44,928 bases of DNA from Gammaproteobacteria bacterium (GCA_919903055.1 CAKKSB010000081.1:4303-49230); one strand, 5' to 3'; positions 27,459 through 36,361 are shown, counted from the first letter of the stretch. The notes: generated from the letters alone by a model not told the origin. Numbers and translations: made by a program.

Positions 27459-29930
27459 ATGAGGAGCCTCGGCACTCGCCTGGCCTTGGTGATTTCGGCG
27501 GTGTTGTCCCTGCTGGTGTTGTTCGCGGGTATGTGGCTGGAGCGCCAAGTCACGGAAGCCATGCGGGCCGAAGAGGTGCGTCAAGCCAAATTGCACGCCG
27601 GTACCTTGCTGGGAAGTTTGCAGACCTTGATGTTGAATGGCCAAGGTACGCTGGCCCGTTCCTGGCTGGACCGCATGCATGGTGAAGCCGGTATCGTCGA
27701 TATCGAAGTCTTGCGCCGCGACGGCGTGGAAGCCTTCACCGATTTGTCCACGGTCAACGCCGTCAATGATTATTTGGGCCATCCGCGTTTTCAGCGGGAG
27801 CCCTCGTTATCCCGTCATGGACCTGACATGCAGGCCCCGGCCTTCAAGCGGGCTTTGGGCGGGGAGTTGTCGGTGGATTGGGCCACGCCCGGTCAGATGT
27901 CCTTGTACATGCCCATCGAACGGCGTGGGGAATGTATCGCCTGCCATGGTTATGAGGATGCGCCCATGCGCGGCGTCTTGAAGCTGGCCTTGTCCACCGT
28001 GGCGGCGGAGAACCGCATCGACGCCATGCGCCACCGGGTGTGGGTGATGTCCGCCGGCTTGGTGTTCCTGCTAGGCGTGGCGATGTGGGTGGCTTTGCGG
28101 GTCAGCGTGCTGGGACCGATCGCTCACTTGCGGGATGCGATCAAGCGGGTGGGCGAAGGCGACCGCGACGCCAAGTTGCCGGTCGGACGCCGCGATGAAT
28201 TGGGCGAGGTGTCCGAGGTTTTCAATCGCATGCAGGATCAACTGGTGGCGAGCGAAGTGCGGATCCGCACGGTGATGGACAATGTGCTGGACGCCATCAT
28301 CACCTTCGATGAAAAAGGCACCATCGAGTCGGCCAATCAGGCGGTACGCAACGTGTTCGCCTGCGGCCCCGAGGAGTTGATCGGTCATGATCTCAAGATG
28401 CTGATGCCGGAACCTTACCGTGGCGAATACGAGCGTTTTCTGGCTCATTACATCGAAAGCGGCGAGCCGCGTATTCTTGGGGTCGGCCGCGAGGTGATGG
28501 GCCAGCGCAAGGGCGGCGGCATTTTCCCCATGGACTTGGCGGTGAGCGAGATGTGGGTGCACGGCCAGCGTCATTTCATCGGTATCATCCGCGACATCAC
28601 CGAACGCAAGGAACAGATGGCGGCCATCGAATATCAAGCGCTGCACGACGCTTTGACCGATTTGCCCAACCGTTCCCTGCTCTCCGATCGCCTGCATCAG
28701 GCGATCCTGAGCGCGATCCGCGAAAAAACCCCTTTGGCCTTGATCATCATGGATCTCGACCACTTCAAAGAGATCAACGATACCCTCGGCCATCACAACG
28801 GCGATTTGATTTTAAAGCAGGTGGCGACGCGGGTGCGCGGCGTGCTGCGTGAATCGGACACCGTGGCCCGCCTCGGCGGCGACGAATTCGCGGTGTTGTT
28901 GCCCACCGCGGATTTGATTGACGCTACCCGCATCGCCAAGAAAATCCTGAGCGCCCTCGACCAGCCCTTCGATCTGGAAGGACAGTCCTTCCACGTCGGC
29001 GGCAGTCTGGGTATCGCGCTGCTGCCCGAGCATGGCCGCGACGGCACGGCGCTGATGAAGCGCGCCGACGTCGCGATGTACGAGGCCAAGCGCGGCAAGA
29101 CCGGTTTCGCTTTGTATGACCCGGCGAAAGATCAACACAGTCTGCGCAACCTATCGTTGATGGGTGATTTACGCTCCGCCGTCGAGCAAAACCAGTTGGT
29201 GCTCTACTATCAGCCCAAGGTCAATATGCAGACCGGGCGGGTCAGCGGCGTGGAAGCCTTGGTGCGCTGGCAGCATCCGCAACATGGCTTGATGTATCCC
29301 GACGACTTCATTCCGCTCGCCGAGCAGGCCGGTTTGATTCGCCAAGTGACGTTGTGGGTGTTGGAAAAAGCCCTGACCCAACACACCGACTGGTTGCAGA
29401 TGGGCATCGACTTGAGCGTGGCAGTCAATCTGTCGGCGCGCAATCTGCAGGACAACGTGTTCCCCGAAGAAGTGGGCGCGCTACTGCGCGGTTATCACCA
29501 TACTCAATTATCGCGGCTGCGCTTCGAGATCACCGAAACCGCGATGATGGCCGACCCCAGCCGCGCCGCGGAGATACTCAACGCGCTTGGCGCGATGGGC
29601 ATCCGGCTGTCGATTGATGATTTCGGCACCGGCTATTCCTCTTTGGCGTATCTCAAGCAATTGCCGGTGGCGGAATTGAAGATCGACAAGTCCTTCGTGA
29701 TGGGCATGAGCACCGACGACAATGACGCGGTGATCGTGCGTTCGACCATCGACCTCGCTCATAACATCGGCATGCGGGTGGTGGCGGAAGGGGTCGAGGA
29801 TAAAAAGACTTACGACATGCTGGCCGCGCTGGGCTGCGATGTAGTGCAGGGTTATTTCATCAGCCGGCCGGTGACGCCCGAGGAATTAGTACGCTGGTTG
29901 CAAAACCCGCCCTGGGGTTTGCAGGTGTAA
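27459..29930 (+). CDS. membrane sensor: periplasmic CxxCH (putative heme c) domain - HAMP - PAS - GGDEF - EAL
   Basis: TM1 (LALVISAVLSLLVLFAGMW). Periplasmic domain of about 155 aa ending in CIACH (27933-27947). TM2, HAMP (PIAHLRDAIKRVGEGD...ELGEVSEVFNRMQ), PAS (VLDAIITFDEKGTIESANQA), GGDEF (RLGGDEFAVLL), EAL (EALVRW, DDFGTGYSSL, KIDKSF). Confidence 0.9.
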   Translation: MRSLGTRLALVISAVLSLLVLFAGMWLERQVTEAMRAEEVRQAKLHAGTLLGSLQTLMLNGQGTLARSWLDRMHGEAGIVDIEVLRRDGVEAFTDLSTVNAVNDYLGHPRFQREPSLSRHGPDMQAPAFKRALGGELSVDWATPGQMSLYMPIERRGECIACHGYEDAPMRGVLKLALSTVAAENRIDAMRHRVWVMSAGLVFLLGVAMWVALRVSVLGPIAHLRDAIKRVGEGDRDAKLPVGRRDELGEVSEVFNRMQDQLVASEVRIRTVMDNVLDAIITFDEKGTIESANQAVRNVFACGPEELIGHDLKMLMPEPYRGEYERFLAHYIESGEPRILGVGREVMGQRKGGGIFPMDLAVSEMWVHGQRHFIGIIRDITERKEQMAAIEYQALHDALTDLPNRSLLSDRLHQAILSAIREKTPLALIIMDLDHFKEINDTLGHHNGDLILKQVATRVRGVLRESDTVARLGGDEFAVLLPTADLIDATRIAKKILSALDQPFDLEGQSFHVGGSLGIALLPEHGRDGTALMKRADVAMYEAKRGKTGFALYDPAKDQHSLRNLSLMGDLRSAVEQNQLVLYYQPKVNMQTGRVSGVEALVRWQHPQHGLMYPDDFIPLAEQAGLIRQVTLWVLEKALTQHTDWLQMGIDLSVAVNLSARNLQDNVFPEEVGALLRGYHHTQLSRLRFEITETAMMADPSRAAEILNALGAMGIRLSIDDFGTGYSSLAYLKQLPVAELKIDKSFVMGMSTDDNDAVIVRSTIDLAHNIGMRVVAEGVEDKKTYDMLAALGCDVVQGYFISRPVTPEELVRWLQNPPWGLQV

Positions 29931-30154
29931 TCCCCGCAGGTGCCATTCCCCGCTGATCGCGGCGCATAGATACAACAGGCTAAACGAAGATCGCGCTATA
30001 CGAGGCTATACCTCGTAACGTGCGCCGTGCGCACGGAAAGGCGGCTTACGTGCGCACGCTACGGCTGGCGCCATTTTCTTAATACCCCGCCCGTGTGATT
30101 CTCCCTTTGATCTAGCACGGGGAACGCGCAGCGAGGGGTGCCAGCCGGAACAAT

Positions 30155-31297
30155 TTAACGCGCCGGCGCGGCCGGCGCCGTGGTTGCCCAATCGTCGGGC
30201 GCGCGGCTCACCGGCCGGAAGATGTCGATCTTGCGAAAATATTGATCGGCTAAATACACCCGCCCGGTTTCATCTACCGCCACCCCGGCCGGCAAATAAA
30301 ATTTGCCCGGTTTGCTGCTCTCGTCGCGGTTGCCGATGTACATCAGGATCTGGCCCTGCGGGTTGAAGAGCTGGACGTTGCCGAAGGCGGCGTCGGCCAC
30401 GTAAACCGTGCCCTCGCCGTCGGTGGCGATGCCTTTGGGCCGGGCGAATTGGCCGGGAAAACGCCCCACCTCGCCGAAGGCGGAACGAAAGCCGCCGTCC
30501 GGCGCGAAAACTTGTATCCGGAAATTACCGCCGTCCACCACGTAGAGGCTGCCGTCGGGAGCGGTGGCGGCCTGCACCGGCAGATTGAATTGGCCGTTGC
30601 CGGTGCCGCGCGCGCCGATGGTTTGCAGCAAGGCGCCGCTGCGCGGATTGAACACTTGGACGTGATGTTGCTCGCTGTCCACGCCGCCCACATCCACCAC
30701 GTAAAGACGTTGGCCGTCCGGGCTGAGCGCGACACCCGAGGGCCGGCGCAACTCGGCGTCGCTGCCGAGGGTACGGTGGTGTTTACCGTCCGCGCCGTAG
30801 ACCTGCACCCGCCGCGCGCTGACGTCGGCGACGTAGATTTCGTTATCGGGCGATAAGGCGATGCCGATGGGTTTTTGCAGCCGGCCCGGCTCGCTTTGAC
30901 CGAATTGGTGGAAACGTTTGCCGGCGATGTCGAACAGCAACACCGCGCGTTGCGCGGTGTCGGTGACGTAGACTCGCCCGCCGCGGGCGGCCACCCCGTA
31001 GGGTTTCACCAGGCCTTTGACTTCCTCGCCGCGGCCGGTGGCGAGTTCGCGCCAACGGGCGAAGCCGCTCAACTGCTCGACGTCTTCGTTGATGCGCAGG
31101 GTACGTTCGTAGATGAAGCGCGCTGCGTCGGGCGCCGGCGGATAGACGGGCGGCTCAAGCCGCGGGGCGGGCGGAGTGCCGGCGCAGCCGGCCAACAGGC
31201 CCAGCACGCATAACGCGACCAGGCCCGGCTTTAGGGCGCCACTAAAAACCCGCTGAAGCCGCGATGGCGGCGTTGGAAATGCGCTCAAAATGCTCAT
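30155..31297 (-). CDS. NHL-repeat six-bladed beta-propeller lipoprotein
   Basis: ATG 31297 gives MSILSAF...LGLLAGCAG (lipobox). Six NHL-type repeats (YVTDTAQRAVLLFD, IYVADVSARRVQVY, LYVVDVGG..HHVQVF, LYVVDGGNFRIQVF, VYVADAAFGNVQLF, VYLADQYFRKIDIF). The ORF-track start at 31390 is rejected. Confidence 0.8.
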   Translation of the reverse strand: MSILSAFPTPPSRLQRVFSGALKPGLVALCVLGLLAGCAGTPPAPRLEPPVYPPAPDAARFIYERTLRINEDVEQLSGFARWRELATGRGEEVKGLVKPYGVAARGGRVYVTDTAQRAVLLFDIAGKRFHQFGQSEPGRLQKPIGIALSPDNEIYVADVSARRVQVYGADGKHHRTLGSDAELRRPSGVALSPDGQRLYVVDVGGVDSEQHHVQVFNPRSGALLQTIGARGTGNGQFNLPVQAATAPDGSLYVVDGGNFRIQVFAPDGGFRSAFGEVGRFPGQFARPKGIATDGEGTVYVADAAFGNVQLFNPQGQILMYIGNRDESSKPGKFYLPAGVAVDETGRVYLADQYFRKIDIFRPVSRAPDDWATTAPAAPAR

Positions 31298-31374
31298 GTA
31301 CTCCGTGTACACTGCGCTTTTTCGCCCATTTCCGCCTTGCCCTCGCGCCTTGATCGAATTTTTAGAGGCGCCCT

Positions 31375-32166
31375 TTATTTGATATGGCATGTTTCACACA
31401 GGCGATCGGCGCGGGTGCGCAGCAGGAGCTTCACGTCGGGATCGTGAACGTTGTGGCAGGTGGCGCACTCGACTTTACCGTCATAAAGTTTGATGCCGTT
31501 GTCGAAACCGTAGGGACTGTCGGGCGTGCGAAAATCCTGGTCGTTGTTGTTGAGGCCGGCATAAGTCATCGAGATCGCGTGATCATTGGTGAGATCGGTG
31601 CCGATGTGTTTGATGGCGATGCTGTGCGCCACCCGGCCGTTGTGGCATTTGCCGCAGCTCATTAAATCGTCGGCGCCGTTGAGGCGCAAATGCAGCGCCG
31701 CGTCTTTGCTGCTCTGCCAGCCGTCGGGTTTGAACACCGTCATGTCCACACCCATGGTGCCGTCGTGGCAGGACAGGCACAGCAGGCTGATCGGGCTGGG
31801 CGTGCGCACCTTGTTGTCGAGGGTGCGGGTATCGTAGGTGTCATAGGCGCCGGTGGCGGGGACGAAACGGTTCCAGCCCGGATTGCCGCCTTGTCCGGCG
31901 CTGTCCTGCTCGGGCCGTTCCGGCGGCAGGTGGCAATAAACGCAGGGATTGCCGTAATCGGAGAAGGCTACCCCGGGCATGGCCACCACGCCGGCGCGCT
32001 GGTTGAGTCCGGTGAAGTCGTGTTTGGTGCCGAGCAGGGTGCCGGCCAGAGCATGGTGGCCGAGCAACAGCGCGGCGATGAGGCCCGCGGCGACGGCGAT
32101 ACGAGTGGCGAGCGGTGTGCGTTCATGTGAACGCGCCGGTGCGCTGTGCTGTGCTGGGTATGTCAC
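31375..32166 (-). CDS. pentaheme c-type cytochrome (cytochrome c3 / paired-CXXCH type), membrane-anchored or secreted
   Basis: N-terminal hydrophobic segment, then five CxxCH motifs: CVYCH, CLSCH, CGKCH, CATCH, CETCH. The last two have the close spacing typical of doubled-CXXCH domains. An early TKHDF motif is present. GTG start. Confidence 0.85.
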   Translation of the reverse strand: MTYPAQHSAPARSHERTPLATRIAVAAGLIAALLLGHHALAGTLLGTKHDFTGLNQRAGVVAMPGVAFSDYGNPCVYCHLPPERPEQDSAGQGGNPGWNRFVPATGAYDTYDTRTLDNKVRTPSPISLLCLSCHDGTMGVDMTVFKPDGWQSSKDAALHLRLNGADDLMSCGKCHNGRVAHSIAIKHIGTDLTNDHAISMTYAGLNNNDQDFRTPDSPYGFDNGIKLYDGKVECATCHNVHDPDVKLLLRTRADRLCETCHIK

Positions 32167-32365
32167 TGCGTGCAGAACCTTTCCGCTTGGTTTTGGCCGG
32201 GAACGGCAGCCTGGTTATGACTGGCCCAAGAGTAGCGCAATTCATTTATTTGCGCCACAATGACGCCGCCCACCGTGTGGATGCGGCCCCGGCACGCAAC
32301 GCATGCGGACGGTCCGGATCACATACGGATGTCTTAACTTCAGCGGAACATCCGGCAATTTCACG

Positions 32366-33406
32366 ATGACTATGCGCGCCGCGGCCCTTGCCGTCTTTAC
32401 AGCCTTGACTGCGCTGATCGCCGCCCCGGCTTTTGCGGCGGACGGCGCGGCGGTGTACGTCGCCCATTGCCAGGTTTGCCACGGCGATAAAGGCGACGGC
32501 AATACCCGCGTGCGGCGGGGTTTGACCACGCCGCCACGCGACTTCACCACCGCGCGGGCGCGCCAGGAATTGAGCCGCGAACGCATGATCGCCTCGATCA
32601 GTCACGGCCGGCCCGGCACCGCGATGGTGGGATTCAGCGAACGTTTGTCGAAGGAAGAGATCGCCGCGGTGGCCGATCACATTCGCGCGACTTTTATGGC
32701 CGCCAGTGCCGGCCAGGCCAAGGCGCTTCCTGCCAAGCTGGTGTTGGGCGAGCAGTTATACGTGCGCAATTGCGCGGTGTGCCACGGCGACAAGGGCAGC
32801 GGCGCGATGTGGACCCAGTCCAGCCTCAACCCGGCGCCGCGGGACTTCACCTCGCCGGCGACCCGCGAAGAATTGAGCCGCGAACGGATGCTCACTTCGG
32901 TGACTTTCGGCCGGCCCGGTACGGCGATGATGTCGTTCAGCACCCGGCTGTCTCCCGCCGAGATCGAGACAGTGGTGGATTACGTGCGCGCCACGTTCTT
33001 TTTGAAAGAGTCGGCACTGCCACCCGAGCATGCGCAGCGGGTCCAGGCCGACATGGCGCAGCCGTTTCCCAACGAGTTGCGCGGCGACGCGGCTTGGGGC
33101 CGCGAATTTTATGAGCGCAATTGCTTCACCTGCCACGGCAAGCAAGGCGACGGCAAAGGGCCGCGTTCGAAATTCATCAATCCCAAGCCGCGTAATTTCC
33201 TGGAAACCGATTCGCGTGCGCGGCTGAACCGGCCCGCCCTGTTCGACGCGGTGCGCGACGGCTTGCGCGGCACGGTGATGCCGGCCTGGGGCAAGGTGCT
33301 CAGTGAGCAGGAAATTGCCAACGTGGCGGAATACGTGTTCACCGCTTTCGTGCATCCCGCCACGTCCACGCCTCCGGCGGATAAAAAAAAACTGAACGCG
33401 CCGTAG
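32366..33406 (+). CDS. multi-domain class I cytochrome c, N-terminal part (three heme domains plus signal peptide)
   Basis: Signal peptide MTMRAAALAVFTALTALIAAPAFA. Three repeated domains of about 100 aa, each with CxxCHG (CQVCHG, CAVCHG, CFTCHG), PRDF/PRNF and GRPGTAM-like motifs. Terminates 13 nt after an A9 run. Confidence 0.85.
   Translation: MTMRAAALAVFTALTALIAAPAFAADGAAVYVAHCQVCHGDKGDGNTRVRRGLTTPPRDFTTARARQELSRERMIASISHGRPGTAMVGFSERLSKEEIAAVADHIRATFMAASAGQAKALPAKLVLGEQLYVRNCAVCHGDKGSGAMWTQSSLNPAPRDFTSPATREELSRERMLTSVTFGRPGTAMMSFSTRLSPAEIETVVDYVRATFFLKESALPPEHAQRVQADMAQPFPNELRGDAAWGREFYERNCFTCHGKQGDGKGPRSKFINPKPRNFLETDSRARLNRPALFDAVRDGLRGTVMPAWGKVLSEQEIANVAEYVFTAFVHPATSTPPADKKKLNAP
33383..33391 (+). 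other. A9 homopolymer: candidate -1 frameshift / transcriptional-slippage site, or homopolymer sequencing error, joining the two cytochrome c ORFs
   Basis: GAT AAA AAA AAA CTG in the upstream frame. Re-reading from 33391 (ACT GAA CGC ...) continues directly into a fourth complete cytochrome c domain. Confidence 0.6.
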
Positions 33407-34350
33407 GCGTCGATGCCGCGCGGATCGCCCGCGGCAAGCAGGTCTATAACGAACGCTGTTATTTTTGTCACGGCTACAACGGCGACGCCAAGACCTTGGC
33501 CGCGAGTTATCTCTCACCCCCGCCGCGCGATTTCACCAAAACCGATCCCGCCAGATTGAGCCGGGAAAAAATGATCGCCGCCGTGCGCGACGGCCGGCCC
33601 GGCACAGCGATGAAGAGTTTCTCGACGCTGTTGAACGAGCAGGATATCGCCGCCGTGGTGGACTTCGTCCGCGCCACTTTCATCGTCCAGCGCGGTATCA
33701 ACACTTATTACCACACCGTTGAAAACGGCTGGCCCAATCATCAGCGTTACGCGGCGGCTTTTCCTTTCGCCTTGGGCGAGATCGCGCTGGATACGCCGTG
33801 GGAGAAATTGACCCCGGCCCAGCAGGCGGGCAAGCGTTTGTTCATGGCTAGCTGCATCAGTTGCCACGACCGGGCGCGCGTCAACGACGAAGGCGCGGTA
33901 TGGGATCCGCGCTCAGTGTCGTTTCCGCGCGGCGGTTACCGCCCGGATGCCGCGCCGAGTAAGCAACTCGACGCGGTGAGCGGAGCGACTCCTTACGCCA
34001 AACACGACAAGGCGCCCAAGCTGGAAAAGGCCACGGCGCAGGAACGGCGCGGCGAGCAATTGTTTCAAGCCAATTGCGCGTTCTGCCACGCCGCGGACGG
34101 CACCGCGCGCAATTGGATAGGGCGGTTTCTCGAACCTCATCCCCGCGACCTCACCGACCATGCGGCCATGAAGGGCATGGGACGGGCGGAAATCAAAGCG
34201 GCGATCCGCGAAGGCGTGGCGGGCACGCCGATGTCGGCATGGAAACAGGTGCTGCCGGATCAAGATATCGATGCCATCGTCGCTTATATCGTGCGGGTGT
34301 TCCATCCGCTGCCGGCGGCTCCCGCTCAGTCCGGGGGCAAGCAGCGCTGA
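33391..34350 (+). CDS. multi-domain cytochrome c, C-terminal part (three further heme motifs); no independent start codon or signal peptide
   Basis: The frame is open from 33385. It encodes TERAVGVDAARIARGKQVYNERCYFCHG...PPPRDFT...GRPGTAM (domain 4), then CISCHD and CAFCHA. The first ATG/GTG/TTG in frame is TTG 33496, which lies after the CYFCH motif. Confidence 0.75.
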   Translation, partial: TERAVGVDAARIARGKQVYNERCYFCHGYNGDAKTLAASYLSPPPRDFTKTDPARLSREKMIAAVRDGRPGTAMKSFSTLLNEQDIAAVVDFVRATFIVQRGINTYYHTVENGWPNHQRYAAAFPFALGEIALDTPWEKLTPAQQAGKRLFMASCISCHDRARVNDEGAVWDPRSVSFPRGGYRPDAAPSKQLDAVSGATPYAKHDKAPKLEKATAQERRGEQLFQANCAFCHAADGTARNWIGRFLEPHPRDLTDHAAMKGMGRAEIKAAIREGVAGTPMSAWKQVLPDQDIDAIVAYIVRVFHPLPAAPAQSGGKQR

Positions 34351-34425
34351 TATTCGCGCTTTCGCTTTGCGGCCGCGGTCCTTATCATCGTATATAGATT
34401 GAATGACCAGCGAGGCGGTTGAGAG

Positions 34426-35454
34426 ATGATCAAGGCAGGTATCGTGGGGGGCACCGGTTACACCGGCGTCGAGTTGTTGCGTTTGCTGGCCGGCCACCCG
34501 CAGGTGATGTTGACGGCGATTACCTCGCGTTCCGAGGCGGGCATGGCGGTCAGCGAGATGTTCCCCAATCTGCGCGGCCATGTGGCGCTGACATTCAGCG
34601 AACCCGATCCGGTGGCGCTGCGCGGCTGCGACGTAGTGTTTTTCGCCACGCCCAACGGCACGGCGATGACCATGGCCCGTGAACTGCTGGAGGCGGGCGT
34701 GCGGGTGATTGATCTCGCCGCCGATTTCCGCTTGACTGACCCGGCGCTGTGGGAGCAATGGTACGGCAGTCCCCACGCCTGCCCCGACTTGCTCGACGAG
34801 GCGGTGTACGGCCTGCCAGAAGTGAATCGCGCCGCATTGCGCGGCGCGCGGCTGGTGGCCAATCCCGGCTGTTATCCCACCGCGGTGACCTTGGGTTTTT
34901 TGCCTTTGCTCGAGGCGGGCGTGATCGAACCGACCCATCTCATCGCCGACGCCAAATCCGGCGTGAGCGGTGCCGGGCGCAAGGCCAGCGTCGGCAGTTT
35001 GTTGTGCGAGGCCGGCGACAACTTCAAAGCTTACGGCGTAGCAGGTCATCGCCATTGGCCGGAAATTCGGCAAAACCTCGGCCAGGTCGGCGGCGGCGAG
35101 ATTGGGCTGACATTCGTGCCGCATCTCGTTCCGATGATTCGCGGTATTCACGCCACGTTGTACGGCCGTTTGACGCGCGAGGTGGATTTGCAAACCTTGT
35201 TCGCGGAGCGTTACGCCGGCGAGCCTTTCGTCGATGTCATGCCCGCCGGCGCTCATCCGGAAACCCGCAGCGTGCGGGGCGCCAATCTGTGCCGACTCTC
35301 CGTGCACCGGCCGCAGGGCGGTGATATGGTGGTGGTGTTGTCGGTGATCGACAATCTGGTCAAAGGCGCCGCCGGTCAGGCGGTACAGAATATGAATATC
35401 CTGTTTGGTCTGGAGGAGACCGCGGGCTTGACGGGGATCGCCCTGCTGCCGTGA
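34426..35454 (+). CDS. argC: N-acetyl-gamma-glutamyl-phosphate reductase
   Basis: [21 protein letters not shown], the active-site context [16 protein letters not shown] and [15 protein letters not shown]. Confidence 0.93.
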   Translation: MIKAGIVGGTGYTGVELLRLLAGHPQVMLTAITSRSEAGMAVSEMFPNLRGHVALTFSEPDPVALRGCDVVFFATPNGTAMTMARELLEAGVRVIDLAADFRLTDPALWEQWYGSPHACPDLLDEAVYGLPEVNRAALRGARLVANPGCYPTAVTLGFLPLLEAGVIEPTHLIADAKSGVSGAGRKASVGSLLCEAGDNFKAYGVAGHRHWPEIRQNLGQVGGGEIGLTFVPHLVPMIRGIHATLYGRLTREVDLQTLFAERYAGEPFVDVMPAGAHPETRSVRGANLCRLSVHRPQGGDMVVVLSVIDNLVKGAAGQAVQNMNILFGLEETAGLTGIALLP

Positions 35455-35523
35455 AACGGCGCGGATTCCCGCAGGCCTCGCCGCCGCTTGGCGGTGAGGA
35501 TACCCCGCCACAAAATCCACGTG

Positions 35524-36246
35524 ATGTTTCGTAACGCTCGGCAATGGGTAGTGAAGGTGCATCGGCCGTGGCGCAAACGGCTGATGCTGGCCGCGCTGGT
35601 GCTGGGTCTGCCGCTGGTGCTGTGGGGCGTGTTCGATTACGGCCGCTACCGAGCCGGCTTCGACAGTGGCGAAGCGGGGCGTATGCGCGCCGATCTGCTC
35701 GACACTATCCAATCCCTGCGCGAAACCAACGAGTTGTTACGCCAGCAGACGGTCACCATGGAACGGGCCAGGGATATCGACCGCCAGGCCTATGCCGAGG
35801 TCGACACCAATCTGGTGACGCTGCAGAAGGAGGTCCTCGATCTCAAGGAAGAAGTGGCGTTTTACCGGTCCATCGTCGCCCCGAACAAGGCCGTTTCCGG
35901 CGTGCGCGTGCAGAGTTTGCAGCTCAAGGCCAACGGCGGCAACCGCGGCTATAGCTACAAACTGGTGCTGGCGCAAATGGGTGCGGACGCCAAACCGGCC
36001 AAAGGGCGGGCCAAGATCGTGGTTCAAGGTTTGCTGGGCCAGACACAATCGGAATTTTCCTTGGACAAGGCCGGGCAGAGCAGCGCCGGCTATTTTTTTC
36101 AATTTAAATATTTCGATGAATCCGAGGGGGATCTCGTGCTCCCCGAGGCCTTCGTGCCGACCCGGGTGGTGGTGGAAGTACTCACCGAGTCGCCGACGCG
36201 GGATCGTAGCGAGGCCGTTTATTCCTGGCGGGAGCTGACGAGCTGA
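35524..36246 (+). CDS. conserved hypothetical single-pass membrane protein with coiled-coil region (possibly the DUF6776 family found next to argC)
   Basis: TM LMLAALVLGLPLVLWGV, a coiled-coil (LLDTIQSLRETNELLRQQ...LQKEVLDLKEEVAFYR), and a beta-rich C-terminal half. The family name is from memory only. Confidence 0.6.
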   Translation: MFRNARQWVVKVHRPWRKRLMLAALVLGLPLVLWGVFDYGRYRAGFDSGEAGRMRADLLDTIQSLRETNELLRQQTVTMERARDIDRQAYAEVDTNLVTLQKEVLDLKEEVAFYRSIVAPNKAVSGVRVQSLQLKANGGNRGYSYKLVLAQMGADAKPAKGRAKIVVQGLLGQTQSEFSLDKAGQSSAGYFFQFKYFDESEGDLVLPEAFVPTRVVVEVLTESPTRDRSEAVYSWRELTS

Positions 36247-36273
36247 GGCAAACGGCGTTACGGGATAAATTAA

Positions 36274-36361
36274 CCTGAAAAAGGCCATTGACCATGGAGG
36301 GCACGGAGAAAAACCAAGGACTCCACACCTGGACGAGGTCACCCACAGGTGAGCTCGCTCC
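36274..36361. repeat. degenerate half-copy of the 23707-23850 repeat element
   Basis: CCTGAAAAAGGCCATTGACCATGGAGGGCACGGAGAAAAACCAAGGACTCCACACCTGGACGAGG aligns with CCTGAAAAAAGCGGTTGACCACGGAGGACACGGAG...AAAAAATCGGGGACTTCACGCCTGGGACGAAC. The right arm is missing. Confidence 0.65.

Noticed and set aside
30006-30191. 61-aa minus-strand ORF in the convergent intergenic region
   Set aside because: It is built from palindromic terminator-like sequence, overlaps the NHL gene 3' end, and has no Shine-Dalgarno sequence or motif.
33913-35712. 599-aa minus-strand ORF, the longest unexplained ORF in the track
   Set aside because: It lies antisense to argC and the following membrane-protein gene, both of which have strong family motifs. 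Its translation is low-complexity Arg/Ala/Gly/His-rich, which is typical of spurious antisense ORFs in high-GC DNA.
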